This document shows, in pieces, positions 6,873-15,305 of a DNA stretch of 60,075 nt (positions are counted from its first letter, which is position 1; every line of letters starts with the position of its first letter). Source of the DNA: a virus (Duplodnaviria > Caudoviricetes); IMG/VR virus record IMGVR_UViG_3300025133_000112, positions 1 to 60,075 of that record; one strand, given 5' to 3'. Position numbers and translations under genes: made by a program. The notes below the pieces were generated by a model. The model worked only from the letters and a program-made list of their open reading frames with translations, had not been told where the DNA came from and made no database searches.

Positions 6873-7417
6873 TTTATCATATATCCTTTAATAAATTTTG
6901 GATCTATTTTCTTAGGCATCCTTATTTCTGTTAACATATAATAGTCTAAATCTGAACCGCCATTTTCTATATGTTTTTCATATAAATCTTTATCAATTAA
7001 CTTTTTTCTTTGAGTATCCATATTACCACGAGCAGCACCCATTTTCTTTAAAAAATCCTTTTGCTTCATTTGAATGACAAATACAAGTCTTTCATTCATT
7101 GGAGTATTTTTAGATTTTTTACCAGCACTTCTAAATGAAGATTTTGTTTTTTCTAAAGTCTTTGATTCTCCGCCCATAACACTCATTGAAGCATATGCTC
7201 TAGAAGTCATTGGATCTAATGCTAAAGATACCCATCCAGCAGTAGGTCCTTCGGTTGGTGCAACTATTCCATTCTTTTGAATAAATTCCAAATTATTTAT
7301 ATGAGTACCATGATAAAATGTAACAGGATCACTATCTAACCACCATCCAATTTTTGGATTAAAGTTAGATGGTATTTTCTTTATAGCTTCACTTAAATAT
7401 TCAATAAATGATATCAT
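6869..7417 (-). CDS. ADP-ribosyltransferase-fold protein with capsid-targeting leader
   Basis: MISFIEYLSE leader; FYHGTHINNLEFIQKNG, VSLA and a late E in TEIRMPKKIDP. Confidence 0.65.
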   Translation of the reverse strand: MISFIEYLSEAIKKIPSNFNPKIGWWLDSDPVTFYHGTHINNLEFIQKNGIVAPTEGPTAGWVSLALDPMTSRAYASMSVMGGESKTLEKTKSSFRSAGKKSKNTPMNERLVFVIQMKQKDFLKKMGAARGNMDTQRKKLIDKDLYEKHIENGGSDLDYYMLTEIRMPKKIDPKFIKGYMIK

Positions 7418-7882
7418 CTATCTCTCCAAATCAGTTTCAATATCTAAATCTTCTACTGCTATTCCCATTATATTTGTATTCATTTTATCATGTATCCTTA
7501 TTTACGATTATATAAAATATCTTTTAATTTGGATGCTATTCCACTTTTTCTATATTTATATTTAACAAAAATATTCTGGACTCCATTAGTACTAGATATC
7601 CACCCTATAGGCTCATTACTTATATATGCTATAACTATTTTAGATGGATTTTCATTTGGATAATTCAATACTGCACCAAATCCTCCAGATATTCCTTTAT
7701 GATCCAATAAAGATAATTTTTTAGTTAATTTTTTATCTTTAATTATATCTTTATTATTTAATATTTTAGAATATGATACTTTATATTCAACATCTTCACT
7801 TAAATATTCAATAAATGATATCATCTATCTCTCCAAATCATTTGTATCTAAATTAGTTTCAATATCTAAATCTTCTACTGCT
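7387..7882. repeat. Direct repeat (~75 bp, one 15-nt indel) of gp15 3' end + RBS + leader
   Basis: 7387-7461 versus 7794-7882 share CTTCACTTAAATATTCAATAAATGATATCATCTATCTCTCCAAATCA and GTTTCAATATCTAAATCTTCTACTGCTA. Confidence 0.9.
7498..7824 (-). CDS. GNAT-like acetyltransferase with capsid-targeting leader
   Basis: Same MISFIEYLSE leader; acetyl-CoA motif A IFVKYKYRKSGIASKL. Confidence 0.65.
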   Translation of the reverse strand: MISFIEYLSEDVEYKVSYSKILNNKDIIKDKKLTKKLSLLDHKGISGGFGAVLNYPNENPSKIVIAYISNEPIGWISSTNGVQNIFVKYKYRKSGIASKLKDILYNRK

Positions 7883-8631
7883 AACCAATCAGGCCATTCA
7901 GCATCTTGACCTTCAGTTTTTGTTTCATCAATTTCTTGTGTTATTTCATTCCATTCTAAATTAATATTTGATATCGCATCTGCTTCCTCATTTACAAACT
8001 TAATATTCATAAAATCAATCACCGTTGAATTTGTAATTGGTGGGTATAGGAAACCTTTTAAAGTAAAATTCATGTTAGCCATGAGTGTTCTGGAGTTTTC
8101 CTCATCCAAATCTGTTTCCATATCTAAAGTAACGCCATTAAAATTTACTGGAACATTACGTTGTATGCCTAAAGAATCTATTTCTTTAACTGTAATAGTA
8201 TAATGAGGATTAAAAAATGTTACAGCTTGTTCAATAATTTGTAATAAATCATCCATGTATTTAGACCAAATAACCATATCAATTGTAAAATTATATGGAA
8301 TTGGATTATACATAAAATCTTCTGATTTGCTATCAATATTTATTGAGATAGTATCAAGAGGACTTAATTTTCTTTCATCATCTGGTTCTAAATCAGTTAT
8401 AAGAAATGATATTCTAGGTAAAAGAGTAGAAATTTTATTACCTACAGCAGGATTTCTTTGTAATAGCGTAAATATTTTACGTTTACCAGCATATGTAATA
8501 GGAACAGTGATATCTTTTAAAACATTACCACTTTCGCTTGTTCTTAATATATGAATATCATTAAAAATATGTGCAAAAGCAATTATATATTTTTTAGTCA
8601 TATCCCAGAAAAAATGATTTTTTGAAAGCAT
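7825..8631 (-). CDS. gp15: Tail sheath stabilizer/completion protein
   Basis: KKYIIAFAHIFNDIHI, VPITY, LPRISF, PIPYN, LQIIEQ..FFNP, FTLKGFLYPP. Confidence 0.92.
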   Translation of the reverse strand: MLSKNHFFWDMTKKYIIAFAHIFNDIHILRTSESGNVLKDITVPITYAGKRKIFTLLQRNPAVGNKISTLLPRISFLITDLEPDDERKLSPLDTISINIDSKSEDFMYNPIPYNFTIDMVIWSKYMDDLLQIIEQAVTFFNPHYTITVKEIDSLGIQRNVPVNFNGVTLDMETDLDEENSRTLMANMNFTLKGFLYPPITNSTVIDFMNIKFVNEEADAISNINLEWNEITQEIDETKTEGQDAEWPDWLAVEDLDIETNLDTNDLER

Positions 8632-8642
8632 TTATCTATTCC

Positions 8643-10658
8643 TTAATATTTGTATAAATTAAAAGTAGAATCATCAGTATTTGTAGACATATCATTACTA
8701 ACAACAGAATAATTGCTACTATTTGAAACAACTGAATTATTTTCAGTTTTAACAGGTTCTTTAATTATTTTCTCTTTAACTTCATTTTTCTTATTTTCTA
8801 TTTGTACTGCTTCTAAAGCATTTAAATTTGTATTTAATTCAATTTGATCAAATAAATCTTTATTAATATTAGCTGATTCAATCATATCAGCATCAACATT
8901 ACTATCAATATTACTACTATCAACAATTGAATAATCTACCATTAAATCTGGTTGTTCAATATTAACAGGAGGTGCTGTTACTTCAACATTCCATACTTTA
9001 GATAATTCTTCTTCTGATAATTCTTTACGATCTGATCCCATTTCATTTAAAAAATCTTGAAATGCATCTTCTCTAGCAATACCATATGATTCTATATCAC
9101 CAGTCCATTCTACATTTTTTGCTTCAGTTTCTATAAATCTTTTTCTATATGATCTTAATTCATCATCAGAAAATTTTAAATATAAGTCTGCATTTTCTTG
9201 CATTTGTTTAGATTGACTTTCTCTTAATTGTTGTAAGTCTTCTTGTTCTAATTTTAAATCTAAAGCCCAATCTCTTTCAATTATAAGTTCTTCACCTTGT
9301 ATAACCATTAATGCAGCTTTTTGTTTTATTAATAATGCAGCAGTTGCTTTATCAACAATTGTTTCTGCATTTTTAAAGGTATCAGCTAACATACCTAATC
9401 TTTCAGATTCTAATTTCCATCTTGCTTCTTGTTCAGCATCTAATTTGTCATAAATCTTATTCATTAATGGAGAAATAACTTTTTTGTTTAATAAAGTACC
9501 AATACCAAAACCAATTGCACCAGCAACAGCAACTCCTAATGCAGGTAATGCTAATGAAACAGCACCAGATAAAGCAGTTCCTAATCCACCAACTACAGTA
9601 GTAATAACACCACCTAATTTAGTACCAAGACCAGCAAGAATAGAACTAATTTTTACACCTAAAATACCCTTTAATGAATCAAAAAATCCACCTGTTTCTT
9701 CTTGTGTTTCTGATTGATCTCCTTTAATATCTAAAAGATCTTTAAGGAGATCATTTCTTTCATCGTCTCTATTTATATTTTCATCTTGTTGCTGTTCTAT
9801 TAAAAAGGAATCTTCATTTTGTTTAGTATATTGGTCTTCACCATTCTTAACTAGTAAATTAAAATTAGATATTAAATCTTTAAATCCTTCAGTATTTACA
9901 GTTAATATTTTATCAAATAAATTAAAATCATTTTCAAAATATTCTTTATCTGATTCTTCTGACTCAATTGATATATCATTTGTTGCAGGTTCAATTGATA
10001 TATCATTTGTTGCAGGTTCAAGTTTATCAGATATATTATCATTTGATTCTAAAATAGGTTCAATTGATATATCATCTACTATAACATTAATATCATCAGG
10101 ATCACTTTCAGTATCTTCTTTTGACTCAATTGGTATATTATCTGTTGTAGGTTCAATTTTATCAGGTGGTTGTTCTACATCACCTAATGTAGATTCTTCC
10201 TTAATATTTCTAATTTCATCTAAAGTATTAGAAATAGTATCACTCATCATACTTATAATAGGAGAACCAGTTAATACACTTATATTTTTTATAATATTTT
10301 TTGGTTTAAAGGAATCTTTAATATCACCAATAACTTCAGATGTTTTCTTTGATGCTTTCTCTTTTGTTTTCCCTACTGCTGTACCAACAAATCCTTTCTT
10401 ATCTTCTTTTCTTTGTTTCTTTTCTTTTTTCTCTTTTTTCTTATCACTCTTTTCTTCTCTTTCAGATTCATTATTAAAATCTTCATTTTGTTTCTTAAGA
10501 GTATTAGAAATTTTAGACATCATAGAACTAAATAATTTAGAAGATTTCTTCATATTATCATTTAGCTGACTTGTATTTTCAATAATTTGTTCTAAATCCC
10601 TTTTTTCATTATTTATGGATTCATTAATTGTTTCTAATTTATCATTATTATCTGCCAT
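8643..10658 (-). CDS. gp29: Probable tape measure / baseplate hub protein
   Basis: Long helical protein with a Gly/Ala-rich hydrophobic segment; follows the gp26-like gene; PATNDISIE 27-bp tandem duplication. Confidence 0.7.
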   Translation of the reverse strand: MADNNDKLETINESINNEKRDLEQIIENTSQLNDNMKKSSKLFSSMMSKISNTLKKQNEDFNNESEREEKSDKKKEKKEKKQRKEDKKGFVGTAVGKTKEKASKKTSEVIGDIKDSFKPKNIIKNISVLTGSPIISMMSDTISNTLDEIRNIKEESTLGDVEQPPDKIEPTTDNIPIESKEDTESDPDDINVIVDDISIEPILESNDNISDKLEPATNDISIEPATNDISIESEESDKEYFENDFNLFDKILTVNTEGFKDLISNFNLLVKNGEDQYTKQNEDSFLIEQQQDENINRDDERNDLLKDLLDIKGDQSETQEETGGFFDSLKGILGVKISSILAGLGTKLGGVITTVVGGLGTALSGAVSLALPALGVAVAGAIGFGIGTLLNKKVISPLMNKIYDKLDAEQEARWKLESERLGMLADTFKNAETIVDKATAALLIKQKAALMVIQGEELIIERDWALDLKLEQEDLQQLRESQSKQMQENADLYLKFSDDELRSYRKRFIETEAKNVEWTGDIESYGIAREDAFQDFLNEMGSDRKELSEEELSKVWNVEVTAPPVNIEQPDLMVDYSIVDSSNIDSNVDADMIESANINKDLFDQIELNTNLNALEAVQIENKKNEVKEKIIKEPVKTENNSVVSNSSNYSVVSNDMSTNTDDSTFNLYKY

Positions 10659-10803
10659 GTTTTTTCATATTTCCTTCTTTCTTAAGAGCCTTAACTGTTA
10701 GAGCTGAATTAATTTCTAATTCATATGGATAAAGAGTCATAATAGAATGATAATCGAAATCGCTATATCTTTGAAATTTAAATACTTTTTCATAATATTT
10801 CAT
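10648..10803 (-). CDS. Short gp51-like ORF (possible -1 frameshift extension of gp26)
   Basis: MKYYEKVFKFQRYSDFDYHSIMTLYPYELEI...; its frame stays open back to T TTT TTA at 10836-10842. Confidence 0.7.
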   Translation of the reverse strand: MKYYEKVFKFQRYSDFDYHSIMTLYPYELEINSALTVKALKKEGNMKKHGR

Positions 10804-10820
10804 AATATTGCTATTTTCGA

Positions 10821-11531
10821 TTATTTGATGTATCCTAAAAAATCAATGACTTGGTCAAACTCCTCTTTGTTACAAAATGGACATTTTGTTTTTATTTCCA
10901 TACTCAAAGTAATAAGTTTATCTATTTCTGTAGTTAATATTTTAATTTGAGCAGCGCTTAGATTTTTTATAACATTTTTTATTAATTCTTGTGGATCTTC
11001 ATTTTTAATTATTTGTTTATTAAAAATTATTCTTTTAGTAGAAAAGGCAATTTTATTTAATTTCTTATCATATTTATCATCTTCATTTGAAATTGTCTTT
11101 GTTATTAAAAAATTAGTAGGACATAATTCAAATGATAATTCATCAGATATTTTAATAACTGATTTTATTTTATCTTCATCTTTATATACTAAAGATTTTT
11201 CAACATCTAATTTAAATTCATATGATTTTTCACATTCTGAACATTTATTTCTTTTTAGTGTTAAAATTTCATCAGTACTTTTAGATCTAAGAAAAACTAC
11301 AATTTTAACAAAATCAATTAATGATAATTCATCAATATCTATTTCTGTTATTAAACAATCTTTTAATACAAATAAATAATTAGTTATTAAATCATTTATA
11401 TTATCAGATTCTAAAGCAGTTAGAATTAGTTTTTCATGACCAATATTATATGGTCTATACTCAATTTCTTTATTTAAAACATGTAAAAAAACTCTATGTA
11501 CTGGAGCAACATTTATCTCTGGAATATTCAT
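10821..11531 (-). CDS. gp26: Baseplate hub assembly protein (gp26/gp51-like)
   Basis: IEYRPY..GHEKLIL, LRSKS.DE, CSEC and CPFC pairs. Confidence 0.8.
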   Translation of the reverse strand: MNIPEINVAPVHRVFLHVLNKEIEYRPYNIGHEKLILTALESDNINDLITNYLFVLKDCLITEIDIDELSLIDFVKIVVFLRSKSTDEILTLKRNKCSECEKSYEFKLDVEKSLVYKDEDKIKSVIKISDELSFELCPTNFLITKTISNEDDKYDKKLNKIAFSTKRIIFNKQIIKNEDPQELIKNVIKNLSAAQIKILTTEIDKLITLSMEIKTKCPFCNKEEFDQVIDFLGYIK

Positions 11532-11554
11532 TAATTTTCCTCTTTTTAAAAATA

Positions 11555-12307
11555 TTATAGTGATCTATTTACTAATTTAAAATTCTTTTGAGCTTTTCTC
11601 GATAAAACATTTCCTGAATTTATTTTTGCTGCTGGGTCAAAACCTAATTTATTTTCAATTTTGTAAAGATTTTCTTGTCCTATTATTCCACCAATTTTAG
11701 AACGTAATGTGTCTAATGGAAAACCAATATTTCCAAGAAAAAAACTACTATATTGAGCTTGACGTTCTTGTTGGTGAATTTGATATTCTGGATTTATATG
11801 ATTATTTACAACCAAATAGGCAACTTCATCAAATGCAACACTAATAGATAATGTTGTGAGTGTATCATTTTGGTCATAACCTAATTGTATATCTTCAATA
11901 TTAACTAAAGTAGCATTTAAAAGAAATGCTGACATTTTTATATCACCACGATTATTATATAATTCTATACTAATTTGTACATTATATTCTGATCTATAAC
12001 CTAATTGACCGTTTTCTGTTCTAATTACAGATATCCATTTATTAATAAATTCAAATAATTTATTGTTTTGATCAACATAAAAAGTAAAATTAGCTGGATC
12101 ATAATCAAAGTCTTGAGCTATATTTTGTTTTTTATTATCAAGAATAAATTGCTTTGTATTTATAGTCAAAAATGGAAAAGACGCATCTTTACAAAGATAC
12201 GAAACACTTTCATCACCTGTTTCTATAAATGGTGATGAAAATTGAACTTTGTAAAGATTTGGCTTTAAAAATCCAGTAAAATTAGATTTTATATCATTAA
12301 TTAGCAT
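11555..12307 (-). CDS. gp54: Baseplate-tail tube initiator
   Basis: Tube-protein paralogue (KPNLYKVQF, LCKDASFP, FTFYVD) adjacent to gp19. Confidence 0.7.
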   Translation of the reverse strand: MLINDIKSNFTGFLKPNLYKVQFSSPFIETGDESVSYLCKDASFPFLTINTKQFILDNKKQNIAQDFDYDPANFTFYVDQNNKLFEFINKWISVIRTENGQLGYRSEYNVQISIELYNNRGDIKMSAFLLNATLVNIEDIQLGYDQNDTLTTLSISVAFDEVAYLVVNNHINPEYQIHQQERQAQYSSFFLGNIGFPLDTLRSKIGGIIGQENLYKIENKLGFDPAAKINSGNVLSRKAQKNFKLVNRSL

Positions 12308-12309
12308 TA

Positions 12310-12795
12310 TTATACTTTATTCCAATTTGTATATCTTAATTCTACAGTATATTCTGCTATTGTATCTGTGCTTTCAAATGATAGTTCAACAGGTGAAATA
12401 TTAATAGGCCATAATCCAACAAGTTCATAATTAGTCAAATCATCACCTTGTTGATCAAGAAGTATAATATTTCCTGTTCTTTCATACTCTGCTGGAGTAG
12501 CACCAAACATAGCATCATTGTTTTTAATTTCTTCCATCCATGATTCCATAGCTGTTCTAATAACCAGATCTGTATCCATAAGAACTGTTATAGAAATTGG
12601 CTCAAAAACAACATCACCAGCAACGTGATGCTTCATGTTAAGAAATGGAACTTCAATTTCACCGATAGTTTTACCAGGAAGTTGAGTGGCTTTACACATA
12701 AAACGAAGTTTATCTGCTATGCCTGATATTTCCATCTTATATAGATTAGGACGTGCACCATTAATAAAGTTTGCTTTAAACTCTGATATTCTCAA
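12310..12795 (-). CDS. gp19: Tail tube protein
   Basis: GARPNLY, FMCKATQLPG..IG.IEVPF, AGD..F, WPINISPVELS, EYTV. Confidence 0.95.
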   Translation of the reverse strand: MRISEFKANFINGARPNLYKMEISGIADKLRFMCKATQLPGKTIGEIEVPFLNMKHHVAGDVVFEPISITVLMDTDLVIRTAMESWMEEIKNNDAMFGATPAEYERTGNIILLDQQGDDLTNYELVGLWPINISPVELSFESTDTIAEYTVELRYTNWNKV

Positions 12796-12832
12796 TTTTT
12801 TGTCTCCTTGTATAAAATAATTGTATTTTTTT

Positions 12833-12850
12833 ATTTTAATTATTTACTTT
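12833..12850 (-). promoter_or_regulatory. Phage late promoter AAAGTAAATAATTAAAAT (one of 10 exact copies)
   Basis: Exact copies begin at 12833, 17227, 19653, 24376, 37471, 39801, 40764, 44594, 46748 (minus) and 56109 (plus), each just upstream of a co-oriented gene. Confidence 0.85.
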
Positions 12851-12950
12851 TTAATATATAGTTATGTTTAAAGTATTGAATTAATAGAAAATTCAATAAA
12901 ATCAATATCTTGTATATTTGTCAAAATAAATGTATTATTTATCACTTTTT

Positions 12951-12994
12951 TGTTTACAATTACTAGTATGTATATTATATTAGATCTAGAAGTT
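12951..12994 (+). promoter_or_regulatory. Early sigma70-type promoter, class A
   Basis: TTTACA-17nt-TATATT; TTATATTAGATCTAGAAGTT is identical at 55423-55442 (minus). Confidence 0.75.
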
Positions 12995-13027
12995 AACATA
13001 AACAATATAACTTAAGGAGAACTAAAC

Positions 13028-13315
13028 ATGGAAAGAATAAACATAACAAATCAGGAAAGAACAGATCAGATAAATTTCCTTACAGATGCAATCAGAAATA
13101 ATGATGTTGTTGAGGTAGAAAAAGCAAAATGTAGAGTTAATCATCTTGCTGGATTAGAGATATACAAAGTATCTGCATATGATGAAGCAAAATATAATAT
13201 TGAGATTGCAACAACACAAGAAGATAGAGAGCATTGGATAGTTATGGCTGAAATAGAATGCCGAGCAATACATGCAAGAGAATATGAAAAGAGAAGAGAT
13301 GAAAGAAGAAAATAA
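13028..13315 (+). CDS. Hypothetical early protein
   Basis: RBS CTTAAGGAGAACTAAACATG. Confidence 0.75.
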   Translation: MERINITNQERTDQINFLTDAIRNNDVVEVEKAKCRVNHLAGLEIYKVSAYDEAKYNIEIATTQEDREHWIVMAEIECRAIHAREYEKRRDERRK

Positions 13316-13322
13316 TTTAAAT

Positions 13323-13340
13323 AGCCCTCTTCGGAGGGCT
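13323..13340 (+). promoter_or_regulatory. UUCG stem-loop directly before an RBS
   Basis: AGCCCTC-TTCG-GAGGGCT abutting TAAGGAG. Confidence 0.65.
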
Positions 13341-13355
13341 TAAGGAGAACTAAAC

Positions 13356-13565
13356 ATGGCTATAATAAATCTAAAATCTATTAATAATGGACCAATTAGA
13401 GAAGTTAAGCGTTTTGATAATGATACAATAATTTTAAGTTGGGATGAATTTGAAACATACTTTGCTTCAGAAAATCCGCATTATAAAAATATTGGGATAA
13501 TTGTTGATCTAAAAGAAGCTTTTGAAATTTATGATGCTTATGATATAATACCTTTAGAAGAATAA
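13356..13565 (+). CDS. Hypothetical early protein
   Basis: Same 21-nt RBS block as the 13028 gene. Confidence 0.7.
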   Translation: MAIINLKSINNGPIREVKRFDNDTIILSWDEFETYFASENPHYKNIGIIVDLKEAFEIYDAYDIIPLEE

Positions 13566-13578
13566 GGAGAACTAAAAA

Positions 13579-13764
13579 ATGCCTACTATTTTAAATCTTC
13601 ATCATTATGGAAATGCTCTTCATGTATATTGTAGATTAAGAGATTTAGGTATTCCTAGAAGTATTGCAAAGAAAATTGGATGGATTTATGAAAATATTCT
13701 TCATCCAGTATTGTATATATTTCCTAAATGGATTTATAGAAATATTATATATAGGGAGAACTAA
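13579..13764 (+). CDS. Hypothetical protein
   Basis: RBS TAAGGAGAACTAAA; HHYGNALHVYCRLRDLG motif. Confidence 0.7.
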   Translation: MPTILNLHHYGNALHVYCRLRDLGIPRSIAKKIGWIYENILHPVLYIFPKWIYRNIIYREN

Positions 13765-13766
13765 TT

Positions 13767-14366
13767 ATGACAAAATATGTATATAGAGTCCAAAATAAAG
13801 ATGGGCAAGGACCATATAATAGTAGTCATATATGGAGAAGTATACCACATATTAAAGAAAATAATAGACCCACACCATGTGAAGAGAATTTAGGTGATAT
13901 TCTTTTTATGATGAAAAAAGAATTTGGTGGTAAAAATGTATTATTTGGTTTTACTAAATTAACTAATTTAAGAAAATGGTTTACTAAAAAAGAATTAGAA
14001 AATTTAAAAGAAATAGGATATGTTATTTATAAATTTAAAGCTAAAGAAATTACTGAAGGTGAAAGACAATGTATTTTTGTTCCAAATGGAAAAGGTATAA
14101 AATATAACTTTAAAAAGGAGAATAAAATGCCAAGAGATATAAAAGATGTTATGATTAAAGTAATGGATCTAATTCCAATAGATTTTGAAGATAGGGAATA
14201 TCTTATTAGGGACATTAAAAGAATAGGAAAAGATAGTTTTTGGAAAGCACCAGAAGTTTTGTGTCAGTCTTGGGTTGATTTTGGTGATATATTAGAATGT
14301 TACTTAGAACCTAATAATGATGAAGATTGGATACTGAAAATAAAACAAATAATGGGAGATGTATAA
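13767..14366 (+). CDS. Hypothetical protein (probably two genes in frame; second start at 14127)
   Basis: YRVQNKDGQGPY N-terminus; internal AAGGAGAATAAAATG. Confidence 0.65.
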   Translation: MTKYVYRVQNKDGQGPYNSSHIWRSIPHIKENNRPTPCEENLGDILFMMKKEFGGKNVLFGFTKLTNLRKWFTKKELENLKEIGYVIYKFKAKEITEGERQCIFVPNGKGIKYNFKKENKMPRDIKDVMIKVMDLIPIDFEDREYLIRDIKRIGKDSFWKAPEVLCQSWVDFGDILECYLEPNNDEDWILKIKQIMGDV

Positions 14367-14378
14367 AGGAGAAATAAA

Positions 14379-14756
14379 ATGGATGTAGAACAAAATATTA
14401 TAGATCAAAAATATGTAAATAAAGTTAATAAAGGTAAAAAAATAACATCATGGTCTTGTACTAATTGTAATAAAATTATATCAAAATTATCATGGTCTAA
14501 ATTTTGTCCTGATTGTGGTAATAAATTTCCAACATTTATTGATTTAAATAAGAGTGTTGTAGAACAAAATAAGAATTATCAGATTGAATCAAAAAGACTA
14601 CATAATTTATTTAAATCAGATCTTGAAGAAGAGTTTGGTGTACAAAATCATATCAAAAAAGAAAAACTATTTATAATTGCCTATGAATATGGACATGCTA
14701 GAGGATTACATGATGTATTAGATTATTATAGTGACTTAGTAGAATTAATAAAATAA
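14379..14756 (+). CDS. Zinc-ribbon protein
   Basis: CTNC...FCPDCG; RBS AAGGAG. Confidence 0.7.
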   Translation: MDVEQNIIDQKYVNKVNKGKKITSWSCTNCNKIISKLSWSKFCPDCGNKFPTFIDLNKSVVEQNKNYQIESKRLHNLFKSDLEEEFGVQNHIKKEKLFIIAYEYGHARGLHDVLDYYSDLVELIK

Positions 14757-14758
14757 TT

Positions 14759-14802
14759 CTGACAAGTATATTTTTTGATTTATAATAGGTCTTGTGGTTG
14801 GG
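14759..14802 (+). promoter_or_regulatory. Early sigma70-type promoter, class B
   Basis: CTGACA-16nt-TATAAT; TTTATAATAGGTCTTGTGGTTGGG is identical at 55552-55575 (minus). Confidence 0.75.
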
Positions 14803-14842
14803 TATATTTAGTGAATAATATTAAAACAAAAGGAGAAATAAA

Positions 14843-15241
14843 ATGACAGATACAACAGGAATGTACAAGAAAATCATAGATATTATGACTAAGGGTGGTT
14901 ATAAAACAGATGAGATGGTTATTTATATTGCTAAAAATAAGCCATCAGTATTTTTAGATGTATGGGAATCTTTATACAAACCATTTAGTGATAAAGAAAT
15001 TTTTGATTTTAAGATTATTGAAATTATGATGAAAAAAGAATCAAAAATTCCATGTATAAAAGAGATTAGAAGATTAGGAATAGAAAATGGTTTAAAAGAA
15101 GCAAAAGAACTTATTGAAAGAATTGAAAATGAATATGATATATTTCGAGATACATCTCTTCCAAATATTGATAGAAGATGTGATTATGTATTTCCAGCAA
15201 ATATTTATAATATGTATAATAAAATAAAAGAATATCTATAG
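14843..15241 (+). CDS. Protein with ribosomal L7/L12 C-terminal-like motif
   Basis: KIPCIKEIRRLGIENGLKEAKELIE resembles the bL12 CTD motif KIxVIKxVR...GLKEAKxLVE. Confidence 0.65.
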   Translation: MTDTTGMYKKIIDIMTKGGYKTDEMVIYIAKNKPSVFLDVWESLYKPFSDKEIFDFKIIEIMMKKESKIPCIKEIRRLGIENGLKEAKELIERIENEYDIFRDTSLPNIDRRCDYVFPANIYNMYNKIKEYL

Positions 15242-15257
15242 AATAAGAATTTAAAAC

Positions 15258-15297
15258 AAAATGGGTCCAATAAAATTAATTTTATTGGACCCATTTT
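15258..15297. terminator. Bidirectional intrinsic terminator
   Basis: AAAATGGGTCCAATAAAATT/AATTTTATTGGACCCATTTT between the island and gp18. Confidence 0.85.
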
Positions 15298-15305
15298 CTA
15301 TTTTA

